Below are positions 46,294 through 57,769 of a stretch of 64,000 nt of DNA, piece by piece. The DNA comes from Tubiluchus corallicola. Lineage: Eukaryota > Animalia > Priapulida. The notes beneath the pieces are model-generated. The model was not told the origin of the DNA, ran no database searches, and saw nothing but the letters and a program-made list of their open reading frames with translations. The translations under genes were made by a program, and so were the position numbers. The stretch covers positions 2,480,001 through 2,544,000 of the forward strand of contig JAQGDQ010000003.1 of assembly GCA_030141605.1 (NCBI GenBank), in the 5' to 3' direction. Positions within the stretch are counted from its first letter, which is position 1, and the number at the start of each line of letters is the position of its first letter.

Positions 46294-49200
46294 ATGCTAG
46301 GCTTTTCTGTGCTTTGTGTTGTGTTTGTCGACCAGTTTCATTACCTAGCGTATAGATGGAGTTGGCCTGTTGTCACCAGCACAGTTACAACAGACAAACA
46401 ACTGACTTTGTTACTAGTAGGAGATCCCCAATTGATTGGCTACCAAACAGAAAAGTATGAACGTTTGGCACGTTGGGATAGTGACCGGTAATTTTGCGGA
46501 TCTATTATCTAATTTTTGTAAGTTACAAATATATTAAATATTATCAACATCAGTTTTGTAAATCAATGGGTTCCTCATGTATGCAGATACTATTTATTAA
46601 TAGTTCTTATAACACTTTTCTAAAACAGTACTTGATTTTTTCAAAGGACATTATTGTTAATATTTTTATACACATTTTTAATAGCTAAATTAGAAATTAT
46701 CTCTGTTTATACTGCTTACACTGACTGAGGCTAGGCTCAGTACAATTCCTGGGTTGACTTGATGCTTTTAATAATCTTTTTTTGGTATAAATTAGGTAAA
46801 TTAGATATGACCTTAGAATAACAAGCAATATTTTAGTCGTTGAAATTACTAATAACTAACTTCTTTCTACAGTATTATAAATTATAATAAAGGTAACTAA
46901 AAAGTCTAAAAACATTTTTATAATGTTTAGGTATCTTAAGAGAACGTTTGATGCTGCTTACGGTTATTTGCAACCGGACGTTGTAGTGTTTGTAGGGGAT
47001 TTGTTTGATGAAGGAAGCATAGCCACAGCACAGGAATACAACTGGACTGTCAGCAGGTTCAGTCACATCTTCAATGCCAGTCCAGAACAACAAGTAACAA
47101 TTATAATTCTTTACAGAAACCATGTTCGGTTTGGTTTTCTAGATATGAAATAAATTAGAACACAAATGTTGTCCTTTGTCCTACCATTACCAACTGCATA
47201 CACACTCCGTGCTTTTGCTGTAAGCTTGAAATACTGCAGCTAAACTGTCTTGAAGAATGAAAGCAGCCATCACTGAATCAAACTGACATTCACAATAATG
47301 CCACTGTTTAATGTCCGAGTAATTATTATAGTTGTATAGGTATAAGCACTTCACTGCTAGGTCGGTTTCACTGTGCATGGACTGCTCAAGCTTCTTTGAC
47401 TAGCTTGTTCCTGTTGTAATCTTTGTTCCTATTTGTCATACAAATAAAAGGGTCTTCTGTAACACGTGACCCGCAACCTTTGGCTATATACATGCGTACT
47501 TGTTTAGTTTGCCTTAATTGTGTGTCTAGTATAAGTGTGAAAAGTTCAGAGTCCATGGCAAAGTTCAGTTCACATGTTGAATGCAGATAGATATAACTGT
47601 GTAAATTAGATTTAATCACTAAGTTATGAAAACTGAAATAAAATAAAGAAATGTAGTTCTAAATCTTGAACATGTTTCCTCGCTTAGTAGCCTTAGAATT
47701 TTGTTTTTTAAAGCTCATTAGCTGCATAGCATGGGGTAACTGTTCCAGGTTGTTAAAGGACACTTTGATTTGTAAATACAAACTTGAAATTCACAAGGTG
47801 ACACTGAAGCCTCTTTGCAGCACAAAAAATGCTGCTTATAACTAGCTATGTTGGTAATGGCCCAGTATTCAGTGAGACTGGAAGCGACTGCATCAGCCAG
47901 CTGTACGTCACTACTCAAGATGGAAACTTCAAGGTTTGAGTTTGTCTCTACATGTGTGCTGCAGTTAGAGCAACTCATCTCATATTTTGTCGAATTTCCA
48001 AAGATTTGCATCACATGATGATCAAGTAAATCAAAATATATTAGAAGATGCAAAATTGTGAATGCTTTTAAATTAGTTGCATTCATTTTATGCAGTTTAG
48101 GAATCAAAGCAGTTATTTGCTGTCATTGATTTTAAGAAGCTTAGGAATCAAAGCAGTTGTTTGCTATCATTGATTTTAAGCTGTTTAGGAATCAAAGGAG
48201 ATGTTTACTAGCATAATGTAACTGGAGATGATGTTCAGGTTGTAATTGCAAGACTAACCGCAAAGTACCTTATTAAGGGATGACTTTAACGCTGTGTCAT
48301 TAAGTTCACTAAATGATTGCTGTAACGAATTACATCATGAACATAAGTGTGTGTAAAACCTGACTAATCTTGCTTTGCTTAGAGCTTATTCCAGCCAAAC
48401 CATCAGATAAGTGGGAAAATGAATTTACTTCACATGGTGGGCATTCACTTGTTTGTTTGTTTACACTTCACGACTACTGTTGTTTGGGATCGATAAATAT
48501 GATTCTGACCCCAAATCTCGATCACTAACTTCAAATCTGGAACCCATTCCCAAATATTCTGTCCCGTCCCGAACTCATTTCGGGCACTTCTTATGCCATC
48601 TTGGCCCGGAACTTTAAAAGTTTTCAAAATTTGAAAAACAATGTTTACTTTGGGTTTCTGAGACACATGAAGAAAAATGAGCTATTTCATTAAGTTATTC
48701 ATTGCTTAAATTTCATGATAACATGTTGTTTATTGAAATGTTATTAACCATTTCTGAATAGCACTATTTTTAGGATGTCTTGCAAGTAGTCTAAAGTATT
48801 GAATTTATAAAGCCATATTGTCTGAAAAAAGTATGAAAAGGTCAGAACTGAGGATGGTATGAATGTACAGGTGTGGTGAATTATGTCGCAGTTGTTATAT
48901 CAACTGGGTGGAGCTAAAATTGCTGAATTTCACTGCAATTTTCTTATCTCTATTTTTATGATTCTTATCAGGAACCCTGGTCCCGAACATTTTATCCTGG
49001 GACCTGAACCTCAATCCTGACCACTTGATCTCACACCCCGAAAAGTCCCAACCTCGAACTCAGCATCGTGAGCGATGATCCTCAACAGCTGAATCTGACC
49101 CAAACCTCAATTCCGCCTCGAGCACCCCTATTCTTGACAGACTGCTACTGAAAAACCATAATATTACAATTTTGTAAGTTTTTACAGCTTAATATAATAA

Positions 49201-52200
49201 TTAGTTCTGTAGTTTTTGCTAAACTCCAGTTAGATTTTATTTTTCAGTACGTATTTCGTCACTTTGTCCAGCATTAGGGATCTAAAATGATGATATATAA
49301 TGGTCAACATATTTTAAACATTACGAATGCAAAAACTACGAACATAATTATCCAAACTAAGACAACAAGCAAATTCTTGCAAGAATGATGGCACAAAGTG
49401 CTAATATGTATTGAAGAATAAAATTATTTGATGCTACAGAATGGAGATTAGGCTTTTTCATTTGTTTCTAGGAGAGCCTTCTAATTTACCTTAGTATGTT
49501 ACTTGCACTCCCAAACCTTTTTGCATATGGAAGCCATTTATGTTGCAGAGAGTGTACGTACCTGGAGACAATGACGTTGGAGGAGAAGGAAATGACCTTC
49601 TTACTGCCGAGAAATTAGACAGATTTGCTAAGACATTTAGGCAAGATGACACTCATGTTGAATCAAAGTTTGTGAAATTTTTAAAGGTATGTACACCTCT
49701 TTATACATCGGGAAGTTGTGAAATTCTGCTTTCTCTAAATGTGTTGGTTTGACTTGATTTGCAAGAACGATTATTGTGAAAAAACTTTTAGAGTTTTTCA
49801 TCTTTCGTTTTACTTTATTACATTTTAGAGGTTACATTCTTATTGAAATGACTTTCAGAAGAAGCTTGTGTACTATCATCTCTCGTAGTAATGATAGTAC
49901 ATTGTGCTTTTAATTTCAGTTAATATCTAAGTAAATATTTGCAAAATTCAAATCTGGCTTTCACTTGTTTTTCAAAGTGTTTTGCATTCAATTTGCCAGT
50001 TTTTTTCTAATTAATAGATGCAAATTCAACAAATATTTGCCAAGTATTTGGAAGACAAAGAAGTATGGTTGTATAAAAGCATACTTTTCTTTTTATATTA
50101 TACATAGTTTGTGTTGTTGTATATATAAATTGTTTATAGCTTATATGTTGTGGTTACCATTACTCGTTATTTTATTCTGTGGTTTTAGGTGAATTTTTAT
50201 GCAATGCATATGGGTCATTTGGCAAAAAGCAGAAGAACTCGAAGTGGTGCATTTATTGTGTTATTGAGCCATGTATCTGCATTGCAACAGCGTAATGTTT
50301 TCACGACTGATGTAAGTTTTCAACACTGTTTTGTGTTTTTTTAAGTATTATGTATGGGATTAGGTGGCCAGGGATGAGCGGATCAACTAATTTCCCAATC
50401 TGCAAAAAAATTTGGTCTGCGAACTTGAGGTCGGCAGTCCTCTAAAAATCCACATTTTGCTACTAACATCATTCCGTAACTGCTCTACGACATTAATTCA
50501 AATCCGCGATCAGTATTGTGCTCAGTATTTTGTTAATGTTGGTCTGCATGTTGTGAACCATAACCTCAATAAAAAATCTGGTGCAGCTTGATTTCCTTTA
50601 TTTTACTATGCTCAAAAAAGTGGGGAGGTAGTGGAGGATTTCAACATAATTTGCAGAACACAGTCTTAACAAACTACATTATGAAATTTGAAATCTGAAC
50701 TTTACCATCAGACCATGAAACCTGAACTACTACTGTCCAACATACAATACCCAGATCTCTAATTACACTTCTAACTCTAGTTGAAAAGCCAGTAAATGGT
50801 ATGTGAATAGATAGTACAGTAACAAATAGGTAAATTATTTTTACAGGAAAACTACCAAAAGATGACAGCACCTCCCTAAGATACTAACACTTTCTGCTAG
50901 CATAATTTTCCGTCTGATGTTATTGTATTATTCTAACATTAGTTTTTTTAATAGCAAATAAAAGATTTTACTACTGCTGCTGCTGCTGCTACTACTACTA
51001 GTATAGTAGTATATTCATTTAATGATTAATGAAGCTAATTATTATTTTCATTTCGTTGTTTATTCAACCTGGTAGCTTCTGCTGAGTGAAAGTCTGTCGT
51101 TTGCTTTCCGCAACGTGCACGTTGATATCTAGCATTACAAAAAATTAACACCTGCAAAGATTCGATCTGCCAAGTTTTTGATTCGGATCCAGTCCACATA
51201 ATTCCTTGTTTTAAGTACTAGATCCGCTATCTGATCCGATGTGCGAAAACCTTGCGGGTCTTGGTCAGATCTGGTCTGCAGGATCGTGGTCCGCTCATCA
51301 CTGGGTGTGGTTAATGTTTATGGAATGGTAGCACCAATATACAAGTGCAAATATCAACTTAATCCATGCTTTCTATAAATCTGCCATTGAGGATTCTTAG
51401 TGACAGTGAACAGTGCACGTTCCATTAATTAACAACAGAATATATTCAAGGCGTAGAAAATTTTTACAGATTCTGTGTATTGGATGAATGATGTTTTTGC
51501 TATGCAACTCTTTGTTAAAATACAATGATTTTAAATTGGACGTACACAAAATACATCCTCTTGAATACCACTTACCTCTGCAGCAATGAATTTTTACGAC
51601 ACAGACCATCATGCCTCGTCATCTGTTATTATGTCTAAAAATAGTAGTAGTAGTGGTAGCAGCAGGAGCAGCAGCAGCAGTAGTAGTTGTTGTTACTTTT
51701 GCTTTTCGAGTAATGCTGACCTAGAAGGGGCCTTGCCAGAGTTGCCTAATGAGGCAAAGTCAAAATGGGCCCTCTAGAGACAGTTTTCCTTGGGGCCCCC
51801 TAGAGGCAGTTTTCCTTGTCTCCACTTGGATGATCATATGCCTACTTTATTCTTCTATTACTCCATACTATCAGGATCAAGGACCAAATTGACTTATTAA
51901 TTTGCCATAACAGACAAGTTAAAACAGTACAAATCTATATGCAGTCTACCTCGATCCTCCAGAAAATTTTGTCCTACAAAATACATTACAAACATAAGAC
52001 ACAACATGGGTTCCTCCTACCACAAAAGAAATCAAACCTACTTCAGTATTTTGACTATAATTCACATGAAGTTGTTACCACATTGCAAAGGCAGGTTAGT
52101 TTGTTGTATGACCCTTGCATTAGCTGCAGAATATCTCGCCTTTGGTATGAAAAGCTAAGTAAATATTTACTTGTATTATTAAATCCAATGCATGTGATTC

Positions 52201-55200
52201 CTTAAAACTTTTAAAAAATGATGCACCACCTTCCTGGTTGATTTGCATCAAGTGTTCCTTTAGTTTATTGGTTATGTGAGAGAGTGTTCTATATAGAGGA
52301 ATACTATTCCTAGACATGATGCAATTTAGTTCTTGGGTAAAAAAAGTGTGCCATTTCATGCAAAAAACAGAATAACTGTTTGTTACTTCTGCATGCCAAG
52401 TAAGTCTTTGTAAAGCTGTCTATTATTTCGTAAAATATTTTTTTACAATGTATATTTACTCTCTGCGTCACAAAAACTGCTTTTTTTCCTGCTTTTATTT
52501 GTGGCGTACCGTATGGAAATTTTGTGGCTTTCGAAGAAAAGCCACATGTTTTTAGTTTATTTTTTCAAAAATACTGCCTTCAAACCAGTCAAGTGTCACG
52601 ATTTTCACCTTTCATCGTAACAATTTCATACCATTTTGTAGGGTTTTAACTCTCTGTAAAATAGTATTTGGTTACAAAATATTGTTCTCAATAGTTTGAG
52701 CTTGTCACAAAAGGAAATTGTGCCTCGAAAATCTTAGAATACTTTAATTTCAATTCTTAAAAGCCTGAAATTAATTAATTAATACCTAATAGTAAAGGTA
52801 AAATGACAGAGACAGGTATGTTAACAAAAACATTATTTTGGGAAACCACTTCGTCATTTTCCATAAAATTAATTACATAAAATTCCAGAATTTTACGAAC
52901 CCGAAGAAAGGAGCAGTGATTTCGTGAAATATCATTTTTGTTCACAACTCTTGTTGTGATTTATTATCTGTTTATTTTTACTTGTGGATACATGACACTA
53001 CTCATCAGTTTTTAAAATGGTATCTAATAGGTTAAGAAAATAAGGGTTGGAGTGTTTTTACCTGATGCTGCAAGACTAGATGTAAATAGCAAACTGCAGA
53101 AAAAAATAAAAGTAGTTGTGATGATGTTACATGCAGCATCTAGAATGTCCACAAAATAACAAATGTAACTTTTATTCTTGTGCTTCACTTTGCATTTATA
53201 TTTTTAGGTTGTTGCTACTTTAAAGCCAGATATTGTGATAAGTGCACATTCTCATAAGGTAAGATCACTTGAAATTTACATCTATGCTTTATGGTTTATC
53301 CAAAGATATTTATTTTTTATTCTGTTGTATAATTAATATTTCAACCCAACGGTGATGTTTCACGCAGATCCATTCTAGATGGAATACTGTTTCCGCATTG
53401 TCCGTAAAATTTCATCACTAAATATGTTCATTTCTAAACAACACAACATTTCTTCTGCCATTCCCAAATGCATAGACATTTAAAAAGATCACTATCAGCG
53501 ACATTAATCAAAATTATTAATGCTTAAAATAAATTATTAATTCTTTGAATGCTGGTTTACAAAATTTGAAATCGTCTGTGTTCAATGAAATGACATTGTT
53601 GTAGCTATGAATTTGCTGACTTTGCAGTTGCAGTTGCTCACAAAGAAAATGGGCCTCTGAGGATGAATGAATTAATTACATTTCTTGGCGACTTGGCGTG
53701 CAGAATTACTTTTATTCAAAACAAGGATGTAAATTACATAGTACAGCGATTATAATTAAATGTACCGCTATCTCAGTCAAATGTTCTACTAATAGCCAAA
53801 TCCCAAGGTAATAGTTGCATATGTTTTGTCTAGGTGGATAAGATCTGGTTGTTATAAGCTTATGGCAACTGGATGCATAAAAACTCCAAGTTTTGTTAAA
53901 ACCATTCTGACTTGAAATGGGTTGAGTGCCTCTTTGGCTGAATGTCATTTGTTTTGGATTATTTTTCGAAGTGTTAATAAAAGTTGAAATTGGGTATTGT
54001 ATTACTTTTTGTGCACTTGTATACATATACTTATAATTGTATATTTATACTTATAATATTATTTACACATTTTTTCAATTAGCACATTTCTAAAGAATTT
54101 AGAAAATTTCTTAGGAAATTTCCAAAGAAAAACGAGAAGTAGGTGGTGCTCATGCGGTAGGACAGAAGTTTACAGCACTTTCACAACACCACTCGGCAAG
54201 AGGGCCTTGACCACTTATTTGCTGGGTCCCTTTTAATGCATTATGCCATTGTGAAGCCCAGTTACGAAATGAAAGTAAATTTTGCAGCTGCTTATTTATA
54301 ACACTAGAGCCTTAACTTTACTAGGTTGGTTTAATTGGCACTTGATAGTAGGCAATTTGTGAAGTGATTAATAAAGTCTTTGCATTCACAAACTGCTGTA
54401 ATGTTAGCACTACTTAGATTTACAAAATTGCATGTAGAAACAAGGCAATTAACATATATTTAATGAAAACTATTTACTGAGAGTGACAAGCAAGCACATT
54501 TTTTGTGCTAATATGTATACAGTAAACTAATTTGTTACAGTCTATTATAAGAGAAGTTTTCGTGGAGAAGAATGCCTTTAAAGGAAAAGGTTTTGAGACA
54601 GGTGAAGTGGCAGTTCTAAATTCAACTGCTAGCCTTTACGAAATTGAAGTGCCAACGTGCAGCTATAGGATGGGAGTGTCTAAGATGGGCTATGGTGCTA
54701 TGATTATTGGTAAGAATTGCATAATAGTTTAATAGATTTAGCTCTCTTTCTACATTTAAGATGTTGGAGATGAAAATGTGAAAAAGTGAATATGCAGTGT
54801 GACATTGCCTGCAGAAAAACAGAAAGGAGTTTCTGTCCATTTGTTTGCAAGTGCAACGCATAAATTCATATTACAGTTTATTAATCAGCTTTAAAGAAAG
54901 TATCATTTTTGCATCGAACAAGCGTCTTTCTTTAAAAACTGAGTTCCACTTTTGGTACAGTTATTTAAACGTTTTATTACATACACCATATCTGAATGTA
55001 GGTAAGTCCTCCAAATATCATTACTGCCGCTGTGTTATTTCTAATTAATAGAGCTTCATCTAGCAACAAAGATTGGATAGACAGCTTAGCAAATCAAATG
55101 TATCTCCATGTTTAAAACAGTTAATTACATTGTTTTATCTGTCTAATCACATTTTCCTATTTGATTGGCTTACTATGACTCGGACTTTTTATGCTTTTTC

Positions 55201-55715
55201 TCGTTATGTAGCATCTTCTGTCCAATTTTACTGTGTACATATTACTTAATTGAAAAGTTGAAGTACTATAATTGAACATTTATAATGACAGCTATATTTT
55301 ACTATAACTTTGAGTGTTCATTGAAATCCTTTTTAAAGTGATGTTGCACTGTGATGAGCTAGTCAAGGAGAGAAAAGGTTAACTAATAACTCACAGGTTT
55401 ATTATAGGTAACTTTACATAGAAAGTAAAGCAAGTTACTTCTAAAATGTAAACAGCAAAACCAGACAAATGGCTTTGTAGTATTCAGTTACATAAACATC
55501 TGGGGTAGTCACTTATTCTGCTCTGTCCAATTTCAGAAGATCACGAGAAATATGACATGGTCAAGTATGCAGTACTGTGGTCACCATCTCACTTCCCAGT
55601 GATTTTTACCTACATTTTCATCATGGTACTAGGTGTGCTTTCAGCCCTGGTGGCTAGCTTTTACCATTACCAACGGAGGAAATGGGTAGCAAGAAATTTG
55701 TACAGTAAGCGGTGA
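46294..55715 (+). CDS. Metallophosphoesterase 1-like (MPPE1/Cdc1 family) membrane protein, 7 exons, ~338 aa
   Basis: Exons 46294-46487 (LLVGDPQLIG...RWDSDR), 46931-47093 (PDVVVFVGDLFDEG), 49549-49686 (VPGDNDVGGE), 50189-50311 (VLLSH), 53208-53258 (PDIVISAHSH), 54541-54709 (EIEVPTCSYRMG), 55537-55715 (C-terminal transmembrane segment, stop). Total 1017 nt in frame. The start codon is uncertain. Confidence 0.9.
48096..48200 (+). repeat. Short tandem repeat, ~44-bp period, ~2.3 copies
   Basis: ttaggaatcaaagcagtt(a/g)tttgct(g/a)tcattgattttaag repeated. Confidence 0.8.
50369..51303. mobile_element. hAT-like non-autonomous element in a phosphoesterase intron
   Basis: TIR CAGGGATGAGCGGATC / GGTCCGCTCATCACTG, with GATC/TCCG subterminal repeats. 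TSD not recognisable. Confidence 0.6.
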
Positions 55716-56229
55716 CAAATAGTTAGCAGTCATTGTAAATGGTCATTACAGCACGTCTGCAGAATCTCATTTTTTTGGCATAATGTTGTACTTTCAAAAT
55801 TTATGCAACTTTTTTAGTCATTTTAAAGTATTGTTATGAATCATGGTTTTCAGTGTAAATATATTTCTCCAAGAAGAATCTTGTTTTTGCTTGCTGTTGT
55901 TAATGCTAAAGCTTAGTATTATTCAAGTCTTACAACACTTGCTACACAGTTGTAGTATAATAATATTTATACCTCAATCTCTTCACTAGTGAACTAACAG
56001 AAAATGACTCTTTAAGAGCAAAAATTTATTTATTAATGCAGTTTTTGATTTGAATGAGACAATGTATAGGTTTAACTAATGTAAGACAATTTGGCTTATA
56101 TAGGATAATAAATTCTAAGGATATGACTGTTGGAAGTGTCACCACTGTTTTTACACAAGAAATTTGCCAATAGATATTTTTGATGCAGTGGTATTGCAAG
56201 CAATATATTTAATTAAGAAAAATCTAATA

Positions 56230-56418
56230 CAGTCAAACCTCGTTATAATGCCCCCTTTATAATGCCAACCTCACTTAATACCCAAATTTTTTAGCAAAAC
56301 AAAATGTATATATTTGCATAGACATGTATGTATTAATGCATCTGATTATAATGCCAAACTCACGGCAACACCAACTTTTTTGCATTCCCATAGTAGGCGG
56401 TATAAAGATGTTTGACTG
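56230..56418 (+). mobile_element. Tc1/mariner (pogo/Tigger-like) MITE
   Basis: TA|CAGTCAAACCTCGTTATAATGCC...GGCGGTATAAAGATGTTTGACTG|TA: ~23-bp imperfect TIR and TA TSD. Confidence 0.8.
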
Positions 56419-57769
56419 TATGTGTAACTTAATGTGTTCCTAACAGTGTTCAATTTTTGACTTGTCATTGTGCCGTGGGTGTGTACAAGTGTGGATGATA
56501 TGTTTATTAAATGTGATTTTATTGACAGGGCCAGAAAAAGCATCTTTTGAGTAGCTCTGCATATTTAGTTATGGATCAAGAAGAGACTTACAGTTGTTTG
56601 ATATTGTGCTAATAATCCTGTAGAAATTCTCATTTCCCATTCATCGTCGGGTAAAGGATAAAATGTGGGCCAATTATTATTCAGTGAATTAGCTTGTGAA
56701 AGTCTGCCTAGCTGGTTAAGTACACTCTTATCACTAGGGAGCAGAGGTATTGGATTTCACTAAGATTCAGTTGGTGCAGCCAGGGGCTAATTATAGGGTA
56801 TTGAAGCAAAAGTACAAGCAAAATAGAGAAGGATATGTACCTAAAATATTTTCAATGCATTTTACTAACATTAAAAATTGTTCCGACCCTCCTTTTAGAG
56901 AGAAATTTAAATACTGTCTGCTTACTCTGCTGTTTGATTTTATATCAGTGATTATTAAATATAATACACGCAAGTCACATTGTTGCTGATTATATAATCA
57001 TTTATATTTAATGTCATAATATATTCTTAAAATTTTTATGTTATTTTGTCAGTGATTGCCTCATGAGGTTTAAAAAACCCTTTAATATTTTCGTGCTGCT
57101 AAAAAAATTTGCTGCTTTGGCAATATTAAAATTCCACTGACTGACTAGATTAAGCAAATATATAGTCAGTGGCTCACCACAACAAATAATTTAAAACCAC
57201 TGAAACCAGATTTCATGAAATACATTAGGACAATGACCTCATTTACAAGATAAACAGCCAGTATAACATTACATAGAAGCTAGAAGCTACGTACAAAAAT
57301 ACAATAATGTCTTTTTGGTAAGCAAATTACATCGGGTAGCAAATATACGTAGTAACATTATATAGATACACGACATTACAACCACATTGATATAACTGCT
57401 ATCCGTCCATATCCAACAAGACCCGTCAATGCCTTTGTCTCCTTGACATGCAATACATACGTAACTGAGAAACTTCTGTTTAGGAAAGCTGGCAGAACTT
57501 GTAATGTAACCGTTTTTTGCTGTTATTTTTATATACCCTCTTTACGTTTACTTGGTGGACCAACTTTTCACTGACGCAATAATTCATAGGGAACAAGATA
57601 AAGTCAACTCTGTGAAGCACATATTTGTTAATTCTCATTTCCCATTGCAGAATGCCTATACATTTTTTTCACTTTCTTTCTATACAAAACATTCTTTGTG
57701 ATTGAGTCCAAGCCATTAATAGCAGTCATCATATATGTTTAATTAACATAATCAGACAGGCTTCGGATG

